Positions 19,008-27,934 of a stretch of 64,000 nucleotides of DNA are shown here, in pieces. The DNA lies in IMG/VR virus record IMGVR_UViG_3300042010_000012, positions 5,816 through 69,815 of that record. The stretch is one strand, 5' to 3'. Source of the DNA: a virus. A program made the translations under genes and the position numbers. The notes beneath the pieces are model-generated. The model searched no databases and was not told where the DNA came from. It worked only from the letters and a program-made list of their open reading frames with translations. Position 1 is the stretch's first letter. Every line of letters starts with the position of its first letter.

Positions 19008-19727
19008 ATGAAATACATGAGCAACACTAACGAAGTGCGTCTGAGCAAAGAAACTGTTGATATTCTGAAAGGGTTGTATGCAATCAACCAGACACTGAAG
19101 ATCGTTGCAGGCAAGCAGGAAATTCGCAGCGTCAACGATACCAAGACCATCGCCTTCCAGGCACCGATCGCTGAAGACTTCCCGCGTACCTTCTGCATCT
19201 ATGATGTGCGTGAGTTCATCGGCGTTGTAGGCATCATTTCCAATCCTGTCCTGGACTTCAGCAACGACAAGTTTGTTCTGATCAAGTCTGAGGATGGTGG
19301 TCAAAAACTGAAGTATGTGGATGGCGCTGAAAAGCTCATCAACTCCTACTTCGAAAAAGACTTCCAACTGCCAAGTGAAGACCTGGAAGTCAGCGTGACT
19401 GCGCAGCAACTGAAGGCTGTGATGAACGCGGCGAACGCGCTGAAACTGGAATACGTCGGCTTCAAGTCTGATGGTGCTAAAGTTGTGCTGAGCGCATTCG
19501 ACCGCAACAACGGTTCGGGTGATGACACCAACGGCTTCTCTATCGAAGTCGGCACTACTTCTGATACCTTCGATCTGTTCTACAAGACCGATGCCCTGGC
19601 TGTTCTGGATGGCGACTGCAAATTCGAAATCAGTTCGCGCAAAATCTCCAAAGTGACCAACGCCAACAAGACCTTCTGGATGGCTCTGGACGCTAGCAGC
19701 ACTAGCACATTTGCGCCTAAGCCTTAA
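19008..19727 (+). CDS. 45: sliding clamp (gp45-like)
   Basis: N-terminal RLSKETVDILKGLYAINQTLKI resembles T4 gp45 KLSKDTTALLKNFATINSGI. The 45-44-62-regA order is conserved. An alternative start is the ATG at 19017. Confidence 0.7.
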   Translation: MKYMSNTNEVRLSKETVDILKGLYAINQTLKIVAGKQEIRSVNDTKTIAFQAPIAEDFPRTFCIYDVREFIGVVGIISNPVLDFSNDKFVLIKSEDGGQKLKYVDGAEKLINSYFEKDFQLPSEDLEVSVTAQQLKAVMNAANALKLEYVGFKSDGAKVVLSAFDRNNGSGDDTNGFSIEVGTTSDTFDLFYKTDALAVLDGDCKFEISSRKISKVTNANKTFWMALDASSTSTFAPKP

Positions 19728-19801
19728 GGCATGTAGTATCTGGAGCGCATTCGATTAGAATGCGCTTTGTTACCTGATCATTGTAATTGTGAGGTTGTAG
19801 A

Positions 19802-20752
19802 ATGTCAATTGATTGCAACATGAAAGAACCACTTTTTGTTGAGCGGTATCGTCCACAACGGATTGCTGATTGCATCCTGCCCAAGAAACTGAATACCCAG
19901 TTCATGGACATCATCAAAGGTGGTCGCATCCCTAACCTCCTGCTGTGTGGTACAGCTGGTACTGGTAAAACTACTGCGGCAAAAGCACTGTGTCAAGAAC
20001 TTGGTGTTGACTGGATCATCATCAACGCATCGGAAGATAACGGCATCGACACGATCCGTAACAAGATCAGAGACTTTGCATCCACTGTAAGCTTCTCTGA
20101 CGCTGGTAAATGCGTGATTCTCGACGAAGCTGATGCACTGACAGCGGCAGCACAAAGCGCGTTGCGTGGCGGCTTAGAGAGCTATTCACAGACGTGTTCG
20201 TTCATCTTCACCTGTAACTACCCGAACCGCATCATCGACCCGCTGCATTCGCGTACCGTGCGTGTTGACTTCGAGATCGCAAAAGCCGAGCAACCACTGA
20301 TTCAGGCGAAGTTCTTTCAGCGCGTATGTGCTATTCTTGCGAATGAGAATATCAAGTACGATCAAACCGCAGTCGCGACCTTGATCCAGAAGTTCTTCCC
20401 TGACAACCGTCGCATCCTCGGCCAGTTGCAACAATATGGTCGCGGTGGTGAAATCGATGCAGGCATTCTGAATGATCTTCAGGAAGTCAGCATTGATGGA
20501 TTGATCAAGTCGCTGAAGGCTAAGAAGTTCGCTGATGTGCGTCAATGGTGCGCAGAGAATGCAACCAACGACATTTCGTCGCTGTACACTAAGCTGTACA
20601 AGACGTTGAAAGAACACATCGACCCACAATCGATTCCTGAAGCAGTTTTGATCCTTGAAGACTATCAACGGTACGATAGTGTTGTTGCCGATAAAGAGCT
20701 ACATATCGCGGCAATGTGCGTTACGCTGATGAGCAGTGTGACATTCAAATGA
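19802..20752 (+). CDS. 44: clamp loader large subunit (gp44-like AAA+)
   Basis: YRPQRIADCILP..., Walker A GTAGTGKTT, DEAD motif. Aligns well with T4 gp44. Confidence 0.85.
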   Translation: MSIDCNMKEPLFVERYRPQRIADCILPKKLNTQFMDIIKGGRIPNLLLCGTAGTGKTTAAKALCQELGVDWIIINASEDNGIDTIRNKIRDFASTVSFSDAGKCVILDEADALTAAAQSALRGGLESYSQTCSFIFTCNYPNRIIDPLHSRTVRVDFEIAKAEQPLIQAKFFQRVCAILANENIKYDQTAVATLIQKFFPDNRRILGQLQQYGRGGEIDAGILNDLQEVSIDGLIKSLKAKKFADVRQWCAENATNDISSLYTKLYKTLKEHIDPQSIPEAVLILEDYQRYDSVVADKELHIAAMCVTLMSSVTFK

Positions 20753-21231
20753 TCGATCTGAACGGTCAGGCCGTAGAGGTTAAGGAAGAGGAGCAAGAGT
20801 ACAAGCGAACTAAGGTCGCGTTGTTCGATTGGTTAACTGATTTGAACTACGACAAGCAATACCTGTTCCGTGAAGACACTGCACCTGACTTTACCCCGTT
20901 CATGATCAATCGGGGGATGTCGCAAAGCGTAGAAACAATCATGTATGCCAATGAACTGAACAAGCATTGGCAGCTCACCAAAGAGCAGGTACATGACTTC
21001 TACTTCTACTTACTCAGCAAAAAGAAGCGTTTCAACAAGTGGGCTAAACAAAGCGGAGACGACAAGGAAAATATCGATTTAGTTGTTAAGCATTACGGCG
21101 TCAACCGTCTGCGAGCACTAGAGTATTTGAAGTTGTTAACACCTGAAGATTTGCAGACAATTAAAGCATCATATGACGTTGGAGGTCGCAGTAATGATAA
21201 GTCCAGTGGACGTAATCGAAAAAATGGTTGA
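20749..21231 (+). CDS. 62: clamp loader small subunit (gp62-like)
   Basis: Start at ATG 20749 forms a classic ATGA overlap with the gp44 stop, as in T4. About 160 aa. Confidence 0.6.
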   Translation: MIDLNGQAVEVKEEEQEYKRTKVALFDWLTDLNYDKQYLFREDTAPDFTPFMINRGMSQSVETIMYANELNKHWQLTKEQVHDFYFYLLSKKKRFNKWAKQSGDDKENIDLVVKHYGVNRLRALEYLKLLTPEDLQTIKASYDVGGRSNDKSSGRNRKNG

Positions 21232-21619
21232 GGTTGAACTACTCGATACGGAAAGTTTTCGGAAAGTCAAAGAAACATTGACCCGCATCGGTCTTGCGAG
21301 TCGCAGTGAAAAGGTGCTGACTCAGTCAGCACACATTCTACACCGTCAAGGTCACTACTACATCTGCCACTTCAAAGAGCTGTTGGCGCTCGACGGTCTG
21401 CGCACCGACTTGAGCGAAAGTGACATTGAACGTCGCAACCGCATCGTCCAGATGTTGGTTGAGTGGAACCTCATCAAGGTCGTTGACCCTGAGCGACTTG
21501 TCCCGATGGGCTCACCTAACGTTGTGAAGATCATCAAGTACGCTGACAAAGAAGATTGGGAACTGCGTACCAAATACACAATCGGCATTTATCACAAAGA
21601 GAGTACTAAGCATGAGTGA
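21224..21619 (+). CDS. regA: translational repressor RegA
   Basis: MVEVELLDTESFRKVKETLTRIGLA...HILHRQGHYYICHFKELL matches T4 RegA MIEITLKKPEDFLKVKETLTRMGIA...HILQKKGLYYIVHFKEML. Start adjusted to the ATG at 21224. Confidence 0.8.
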   Translation: MVEVELLDTESFRKVKETLTRIGLASRSEKVLTQSAHILHRQGHYYICHFKELLALDGLRTDLSESDIERRNRIVQMLVEWNLIKVVDPERLVPMGSPNVVKIIKYADKEDWELRTKYTIGIYHKESTKHE

Positions 21620-22100
21620 AGCAGCACAGCAACAAATGACCCCTGAACAGGAACAGACCTTCGCGATGTACATCACTGTGGCACAAGTTGCGCACCAAGT
21701 GAATCGTGCTTACTGTCTGTCGATCGGTGACGATACTGTTGTTCCTTGGGATCAAGCTCCTGATTGGCAAGTTCAGTCGGCAATCGATGGTGTTGCTTTC
21801 CATATCGCCAATCCTGATTGCACCCCTGAGCAGTCGCACAAAAACTGGATGGCTCAAAAGACTCGTGATGGATGGGTTTACGGTAAAGAGAAGCGTCCTG
21901 AAGTCAAGATGCATCCGTGCATGGTGCCCTACGCTCAACTGCCACAGGAACAGCGTTCGAAAGACTTCCTGTTCAAGGCAATCTGCGAAGAGTTCGCGGT
22001 GATCTTCGGTATGCGTGAACCTGTTGCTGAACCTGATGAAGGGGTTCTTGCTGAACCAGTAGTTGAACAGTCCGAGCCGTCGCGAATTATCTTGGCGTAA
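21612..22100 (+). CDS. RyR-domain protein
   Basis: KNWMAQKTRDGWVYGKEKRPEVKMHPCMVPYAQLPQEQRSKD matches the RyR domain signature (W...GW.YG.....K.HP.LVPY..L.E..K..D). Confidence 0.5.
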   Translation: MSEAAQQQMTPEQEQTFAMYITVAQVAHQVNRAYCLSIGDDTVVPWDQAPDWQVQSAIDGVAFHIANPDCTPEQSHKNWMAQKTRDGWVYGKEKRPEVKMHPCMVPYAQLPQEQRSKDFLFKAICEEFAVIFGMREPVAEPDEGVLAEPVVEQSEPSRIILA

Positions 22101-22158
22101 CTTGTGGATGGGCTCATACTCTGGGCCCTTCTAATATGAATGTGAGAGGATTTAAGTC

Positions 22159-22392
22159 ATGCTTTCATCATGCTTTGAACGTCGTTTCGGCTGCCAGAAT
22201 CAACTTGGTGATGAGTTGATCATGTCGGTGCAATACGGAAATTTGTTCTTGGGTACTGTGGTCAAGCATCACGGCTCTGGTGAACATGATGTGCAACTCA
22301 GCAAAGAGCAGGCGCTTGAACTAATCGAAGCGCTCACCGAAGTTGTTAATGAACGAATGATTGATGAAGTGGAAAATACCGAATGCAACTGA
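22159..22392 (+). CDS. hypothetical protein
   Basis: 77-aa ORF packed between neighbouring genes. Confidence 0.4.
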   Translation: MLSSCFERRFGCQNQLGDELIMSVQYGNLFLGTVVKHHGSGEHDVQLSKEQALELIEALTEVVNERMIDEVENTECN

Positions 22393-23669
22393 ATACGAAA
22401 CAACAATTTGCCTTTAACCAGATCATGAATGGTGCAAACACATTCATATCCGGGCCCGGTGGTGTTGGTAAGTCTGTCCTGGTCGGCAAGATTCGTGACC
22501 TGTGTTCCGACAGCACGATCTTCCTCGCCCCTACAGGCATTGCTGCACAGAACATCAAGGGCGCGACGATTCATAGCACGTTCCGTCTACGTCTCGGTTA
22601 CTTGTCCCCTCAACAGCGCAACAACGTCAACGAGAAGGTCAAGGAGTTGTTCAGCGACGACTCAATCACCCGTATCGTGATCGATGAAATCTCTATGGTA
22701 CGTGCTGACACGTTCATGGCGATTGACATGGCATTGCGTAAAGCAAAGCGCAAGAACAAGCCTTTCGGTGGTCTGCAAGTGATCGTCGTCGGTGACTTCT
22801 TTCAACTGTCGCCAGTACTCAACACTAAGTCGACTGAAGGTGAATACTTCCTGAAAGAGTTCGACAGCCCGTTTGCCTTCGACACTGATGCATGGCGTGA
22901 AGCAGGCTTCCAGACCATCGAACTTGATGAGGTCATGCGTCAATCTGATGCAGTGTTCATCAATGCACTCAACAGCATCCGTACCCGTGATGACAACTTC
23001 GAAGCAAGCCTCGAGTTCTTGAATGAACAGGGTATGAGCAAAGAAGAGATGGACGACGACACGCTGTTCCTGTGTTCGACCAACCGTGAAGCGGATACGG
23101 TCAACAAGCACAACTATGATGACATCATGGGTGAGGAACGCCTCTACGTTGGTAAGAAGAAAGGGCCGTTCAAAGATCTGCCAGTGCCTGAATGTCTGTC
23201 GTTGAAAGTTGGCTGCAAGGTACTGATCTGTGCGAACGCTCTTGATGGTTCGTACTACAACGGTCAGACAGGGCACGTTGAAAAGATGTTCAATGACAGC
23301 ATCATGATTCAACTGGAAACAGGTGAACACATCACTGTCAAAGAGTTCAAGTGGACTGAGTATGAATACTTCAGTGGTGGTGAAGGTGGTGTAGGTATTA
23401 AGCCTGTTGCTGACTATCAACAGTACCCTTTGCGTCTTGGCTATGCATGTACTGTGCACAAATCCCAGGGTCTGAGCTTGTCACAAGCAGCGCTCTACAC
23501 TGGCAACGGCTTCTTTGCACACGGACAGGGCTATGTCGCGTTCAGTCGTCTGCGGACCCTTGCAGGGCTTTATGTGTTGAAGGAGATCGCACGCAAAGAC
23601 ATCATTGTCGACCGTCGTGTGACCGAGTTCTACGAAAACAACAAGTTCGCCAACCTGATGAACATGTGA
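22383..23669 (+). CDS. dda: Dda-like SF1 DNA helicase
   Basis: QQFAFNQIM...ISGPGGVGKS...FLAPTGIAAQNI aligns with T4 Dda QKNAFNIVM...INGPAGTGKTT...AAPTHAAKKIL. C-terminal helicase motifs CTVHKSQG and VAFSR. Confidence 0.8.
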   Translation: MQLNTKQQFAFNQIMNGANTFISGPGGVGKSVLVGKIRDLCSDSTIFLAPTGIAAQNIKGATIHSTFRLRLGYLSPQQRNNVNEKVKELFSDDSITRIVIDEISMVRADTFMAIDMALRKAKRKNKPFGGLQVIVVGDFFQLSPVLNTKSTEGEYFLKEFDSPFAFDTDAWREAGFQTIELDEVMRQSDAVFINALNSIRTRDDNFEASLEFLNEQGMSKEEMDDDTLFLCSTNREADTVNKHNYDDIMGEERLYVGKKKGPFKDLPVPECLSLKVGCKVLICANALDGSYYNGQTGHVEKMFNDSIMIQLETGEHITVKEFKWTEYEYFSGGEGGVGIKPVADYQQYPLRLGYACTVHKSQGLSLSQAALYTGNGFFAHGQGYVAFSRLRTLAGLYVLKEIARKDIIVDRRVTEFYENNKFANLMNM

Positions 23670-23675
23670 GGTAAT

Positions 23676-23846
23676 ATGATCAAGGCTTTCTTTCACACGC
23701 CGAGATATTCGTTCTGGGATTTGATCCCTCTAGCGATCATCTCTGCGGCGGCTCGACATGATGAATATGTTATCGCCGGAGTTACCATTGTGATAGCAAT
23801 TGCCATCAACGTTGCGTTTGATGTGTACTACAAAGACAAGAGCTGA
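23676..23846 (+). CDS. small membrane protein (56 aa)
   Basis: ATG at 23676 with RBS GAGG. Hydrophobic core LIPLAIISAAA...IAGVTIVIAIAINVAF. Below the track size cutoff. Confidence 0.4.
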   Translation: MIKAFFHTPRYSFWDLIPLAIISAAARHDEYVIAGVTIVIAIAINVAFDVYYKDKS

Positions 23847-23855
23847 ACTAAACAA

Positions 23856-23882
23856 ACACCACTAACGTTAGTGGTGTTTTTC
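23856..23882 (+). terminator. rho-independent terminator
   Basis: Perfect palindrome ACACCACTAAC/GTTAGTGGTGT followed by TTTTCT. Confidence 0.6.
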
Positions 23883-23898
23883 TATGTGGAGAATAACA

Positions 23899-24324
23899 AT
23901 GATTGACCATTTTGATGGCGACTTCAAGTTTCTGAGTAACTTCTACCCTTCTGAGGTTGAACTTGACAACATCATGTTTCCGACTGTTGAGCATGCGTAT
24001 CAAGCTGCTAAGTCGGATGATTGGGATGAGCGTGCGTTGATGAGCTTGATACCTACAGCAGGTCAAGCAAAGCGCGCAGGTCAGAAGCTCAAACTGAAGC
24101 AAGACTGGCACTTACACAAACGGCGCATCATGGAAGACCTTCTAGTTCAGAAGTTCAAACATCCTGAATTGCGCGCACTGTTGATGGCGACTGAAGGCCA
24201 TGATCTGGTCGAGGGGAACTATTGGGGTGATACATACTGGGGAATCTACAATGGCAAGGGGCATAACTACTTGGGTAAGATCCTCATGTCAATCAGAAAC
24301 GGTATCAGTATGGGAATACTCTAA
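23899..24324 (+). CDS. NADAR (YbiA/DUF1768) domain protein
   Basis: FLSNFYP...VEHAYQAAK...W...G.N.LGKILM.IR signature. Start moved to the ATG at 23899 with RBS GGAG. Confidence 0.6.
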   Translation: MIDHFDGDFKFLSNFYPSEVELDNIMFPTVEHAYQAAKSDDWDERALMSLIPTAGQAKRAGQKLKLKQDWHLHKRRIMEDLLVQKFKHPELRALLMATEGHDLVEGNYWGDTYWGIYNGKGHNYLGKILMSIRNGISMGIL

Positions 24325-24587
24325 TGCGTGATCGAATTTACTTCTTTGGTGGCAATACAGGCGAGGCACACAGTATCGCTGAACGGCTCGGCTTCAGGCG
24401 TGGTCAGTACGTTGTGGTAATCGGGTACAACTGTACCAGCATTCGAGGTATGCGAGGCGAGACGATTTACGTGGTAGGTAGTGCAGCCGCACGCGACGAC
24501 TATACCCACGTAATCAATGAGGCATTGATGAGGGCCTTCACCGTCGTTTACATTGACGATGAAGTCCTCGACCTGGTTGAGTGTTAG
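24324..24587 (+). CDS. hypothetical protein
   Basis: 87-aa ORF convergent with the fibre paralogue (4-nt overlap). Confidence 0.4.
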   Translation: MRDRIYFFGGNTGEAHSIAERLGFRRGQYVVVIGYNCTSIRGMRGETIYVVGSAAARDDYTHVINEALMRAFTVVYIDDEVLDLVEC

Positions 24588-25825
24588 AGTTCCGCTGATA
24601 TCTCATGCCATTGCCCAGAGGCGACTGCAAGCATAGCGGGTGAATCTGTTCCTTGTGCTGTAGTGTTAACGCTAATTCGTATAGTGTTAACATCTGAAGT
24701 CACTACAGACTGGGATCCGCTTAGAGGGGCGCCAGCTGTACCGTAGACGTTGTATGCTGCTGCGGCAGAAACGTATAACGAGGGCGCAGCTCGCATACAG
24801 ACCGGATGCCACCAAACAAAGCTTGCTGTCACTGTGTTGGCTCGATAGTGGCCCATTGCAACACCTACCCCGGATTCCTGCCTGTAAGCATACCGACGGC
24901 ATTCGAGCAAGTTAAGCCAAACAGGTTTATGTTCGTAAGGTGATGCTGAAGTGCCACTCTCAAGCTGAATCTCAGTAGCGGAGATAAAGTTACCTGTAGT
25001 GGCACACCATCCAGATGAACCTGATGCAGAGAAGAAGTTACCTGTCTGCCAAGTGTTCAACGTGGATGTTTGGTAAGTACCTGTGTTTGCTGAACCAATC
25101 GATACGATCAAACCGGCAAGGTTTGAGTTTGGAATGTTCAAAGTTGTTGCAATTGTAAGGATTGGCAATGATACCTTTACTGGTGTGTTAGCTACAGCGG
25201 CGAACGTTGTAACGAATGAGTTTGCCGACGTACCATCTCGAACAGCTACTGAGAACGTGCCTGTGAAGTTTGTATTGAAGATGAACGATAAAGTGGCAGC
25301 TTGCCCTAGCAACGGATACGCAATAGCCCCCTCAATGATTTGCATAATGCCACTTAGGTACGATCCTCCACCAATGTTAGTGCTTGACGTGGTCATTGTT
25401 TGTACTACCGCTTTCTTGGCGATACCACCGTAGGTAATAGTACCCTGTGACTGAGTGATCCCGCCGCCTGTTGTGTTGTCAACTTTAAATCGATCAGGTC
25501 CACCATAACCAACAGGAGTTCCGTTCGATGTAAACGTGAACGATGGTCGTTGAGCAATATTACAATCGCCGTTGATGATCTTGTTTCGGCCTGGGATACC
25601 TAGAGTTGCGCGTGCTGCATCAGCAGTGGTTGCACCGGTACCACCTTGTCCGATACTCAGAGCAGTGGTTAGACCTGTGATTGAAGTGATAGTGCTGTTA
25701 GGGCCTTTGTCGACCTTGTTTGTTTCAGCCGCTGTCATACGCGCAGGCAGGCCCGTCAGCGTAGCAGTGGGGACACTGGTGCTTTCGTCTAGTGTTGCAA
25801 CTGTGTCTACTCGAATCTTTGACAT
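24584..25825 (-). CDS. tail fibre protein paralogue (GGTGAT motif) embedded in early region
   Basis: 413 aa. [44 protein letters not shown] is paralogous to the fibre at 13882..15123 (about 80% nucleotide identity over the N-terminal module). Minus strand inside the + strand early block. Confidence 0.7.
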   Translation of the reverse strand: MSKIRVDTVATLDESTSVPTATLTGLPARMTAAETNKVDKGPNSTITSITGLTTALSIGQGGTGATTADAARATLGIPGRNKIINGDCNIAQRPSFTFTSNGTPVGYGGPDRFKVDNTTGGGITQSQGTITYGGIAKKAVVQTMTTSSTNIGGGSYLSGIMQIIEGAIAYPLLGQAATLSFIFNTNFTGTFSVAVRDGTSANSFVTTFAAVANTPVKVSLPILTIATTLNIPNSNLAGLIVSIGSANTGTYQTSTLNTWQTGNFFSASGSSGWCATTGNFISATEIQLESGTSASPYEHKPVWLNLLECRRYAYRQESGVGVAMGHYRANTVTASFVWWHPVCMRAAPSLYVSAAAAYNVYGTAGAPLSGSQSVVTSDVNTIRISVNTTAQGTDSPAMLAVASGQWHEISAEL

Positions 25826-25864
25826 ACACGATAACCTTTGTGTGATGTGTGTTCTATATGAAGC

Positions 25865-25872
25865 TATTTATA
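25865..25872 (-). promoter_or_regulatory. T4-type late promoter TATAAATA for fibre paralogue
   Basis: + strand ctatttata = TATAAATAG on the - strand, about 40 nt upstream of the ATG at 25825. Confidence 0.55.
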
Positions 25873-25942
25873 AGCAACCATTGCGTTCCAACGGAATCTA
25901 TGTATACTTGTCTTACTAAACCCTGAACTAGGATTATCCACA

Positions 25943-27253
25943 ATGTTAAAAGTACTGAACTCCCTCGAAGCGACAAGCAAGCGCACGGTGAAGGAGTCGA
26001 TCCTTACCAATCTGTCGCATGACGAAGCCGAGCTGTTCAAAAAGATCGGGATCGCTACCTACAGCCCTGGCATCACATACAACATCGTCAAGTACCCGCG
26101 CCCGACCGTCTACACTGGGCTGAATACGCTTGAAGCCGCAATCGATGGCCTGAAGGTGTTGTCGTCGCGCAGTCTGACTGGTAAGAAGGCAATCGAGTAT
26201 ATGACACGTCTCGAAGGCTCTCTCAGCGCAGATGACGGTGAGGTCTTGTTCCGTATCGTCAAGAAAGACCTGCGTTGTGGTGTGACTGACTCAACGATGA
26301 ACAAGGTCTGGCCGGATCTGATCTACACCGCCCCGTATCAGCGTTGCTCTTCGTTCAGCAAGAAGAACCTGTCGAAGCTCAAGCTACCAGCATTCAGTCA
26401 GACCAAATCTGACGGTATGTATGTCGACATCATCGCAAACCCTACAACTGTGGTCTATCGTTCGCGTACATGTGAAGTCAAGCCGTTCAACAACCAAGAA
26501 ACTGACGGTATGTTCATCCCTGGCTTCGTGTACATGGGTGAAGCTCTGTACCTGGATGAGAATGGTAAGATCATGTCGCGTAAAGACGGTAATGGTCGTC
26601 TGAACGCCGATGAAGTTGATACCAGCCGCATCGTCTTCGTGCTGTGGGATATCGTGCCACTTGCTGACTATGAAGCGCGCATCTGCAAGATCCCCTACGC
26701 AACGCGCTTGAACACCCTGAAAACTGCAATCGCTGGCAAAGCTGATCATCTGCGTCTTGTCAGTACGAAAGTCGTCAACAGCGTGCAAGAGATCATCGAC
26801 CACTTCAAAGAGGAAGTCGAGAAGGGTGAAGAAGGTACAGTCGTCAAGAACCAGCACGGTATATGGGCCGATCACACTTCACCCGACCAAGTCAAGTGTA
26901 AGATCGAATTCGAGTGTGACCTTGAGATCATCAGGCTTGAAGAAGGCACAGGTAAGAATGCTGGACGACTCGGCGCTGCCGTGTGTGCATCGGCTGAACG
27001 TATGCTGATCACTGGCGTTGGTACGGGCTTCAGTGACAAAGACCGTGATGCACTGTGGAATGAAAGTACTGTTGGTATGATCATCACTGTTCGGGCCAAC
27101 GATATCGTGAAAGATCGCAACAGCGAAACCTTCGCACTGTTCCTGCCACGCAACATTGAAGTCCGTACAGACAAAACCGTGGCAGATACATATGAACGTA
27201 TTGTTGAACAAATGAACGCATTCGTAGACACCCTAGAGGCCATTGGCAAATGA
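25943..27253 (+). CDS. 30: ATP-dependent DNA ligase (gp30-like)
   Basis: Adenylation motif I QTKSDGMYVDI (KxDG). 436 aa. Confidence 0.8.
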   Translation: MLKVLNSLEATSKRTVKESILTNLSHDEAELFKKIGIATYSPGITYNIVKYPRPTVYTGLNTLEAAIDGLKVLSSRSLTGKKAIEYMTRLEGSLSADDGEVLFRIVKKDLRCGVTDSTMNKVWPDLIYTAPYQRCSSFSKKNLSKLKLPAFSQTKSDGMYVDIIANPTTVVYRSRTCEVKPFNNQETDGMFIPGFVYMGEALYLDENGKIMSRKDGNGRLNADEVDTSRIVFVLWDIVPLADYEARICKIPYATRLNTLKTAIAGKADHLRLVSTKVVNSVQEIIDHFKEEVEKGEEGTVVKNQHGIWADHTSPDQVKCKIEFECDLEIIRLEEGTGKNAGRLGAAVCASAERMLITGVGTGFSDKDRDALWNESTVGMIITVRANDIVKDRNSETFALFLPRNIEVRTDKTVADTYERIVEQMNAFVDTLEAIGK

Positions 27254-27495
27254 GTGAAACATTAGGTAAGGTAGAACAATTCTTGGAAGAAAAGTCCAAA
27301 TCGGACGTCAAGAAGGTCATCAAACGCTACAACATCATCAACATCCCGTTCGGTCTGATCTTCGGTATCCTGTGGGGTATGGGTGTGATTGTCGCAAAAG
27401 GCTTCTGGGACACACTGGGCGCATTCTTCATCCCGTTCATCGGCCCCGCTACCAGCGTATTGTGGTTGCTGGAAAAGTTCGCAGGGGTTAGTTAA
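27250..27495 (+). CDS. small membrane protein
   Basis: 81 aa with two hydrophobic segments (IPFGLIFGILWGMGVIVA; FFIPFIGPATSVLWLL). Confidence 0.45.
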   Translation: MSETLGKVEQFLEEKSKSDVKKVIKRYNIINIPFGLIFGILWGMGVIVAKGFWDTLGAFFIPFIGPATSVLWLLEKFAGVS

Positions 27496-27761
27496 TGGCG
27501 CTGTATGACTATCATTGTAAGGCGTGCGAACATCGTTGGGAAGGCGTCTACTCGATTGCCAACCGCAAGAAGCCTGAATCCGAGCCGTGCCCTGAGTGTG
27601 GTGCAATGCAAGTGATGCAGGCAATCACCTCTGCCTGCATCGGTTACACTTACAAGACGGCCAGTGTAAAGACCACTGACAGCTTCAATGATCGCATGAA
27701 AGAGATCAAAAAGAAGTTGCCACCGAAGTACCAGGATAACCTCAGTAACATCATTCGGTAA
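27495..27761 (+). CDS. FmdB-family zinc-ribbon protein
   Basis: YDYHCKACEHRW...CPECG is a CxxC...CxxC zinc ribbon. Confidence 0.5.
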   Translation: MALYDYHCKACEHRWEGVYSIANRKKPESEPCPECGAMQVMQAITSACIGYTYKTASVKTTDSFNDRMKEIKKKLPPKYQDNLSNIIR

Positions 27762-27837
27762 TAAATAGGTTTACACACTAAAACAAGATAAGGATCATGT
27801 CATGACTGACATCGGATGCGACGAATAAGAAAACTTT

Positions 27838-27878
27838 AGGCTCTAGCTGAATTCTCGGCTAGGGCCTTTTTTGTAGTC
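27838..27878 (+). terminator. rho-independent terminator
   Basis: GGCTCTAGC...GCTAGGGCC hairpin followed by TTTTTTG. Confidence 0.5.
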
Positions 27879-27934
27879 TAAGTAAATCAAAGAAGCCCAA
27901 AACTATCGCAGTTGGATAAAATAAGGTGTACGCC

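Noticed and set aside
19728-19801. Hairpin GAGCGCATTC-GATTA-GAATGCGCT between genes 45 and 44 as a terminator
   Set aside because: The downstream T-run is weak (TTGTTACC) and the genes are co-oriented with an RBS immediately after. It is more likely an attenuator or mRNA-stability element than a full terminator, so it is not listed as a feature.
22662-23459. 265-aa - strand ORF
   Set aside because: It is antisense to the dda helicase.
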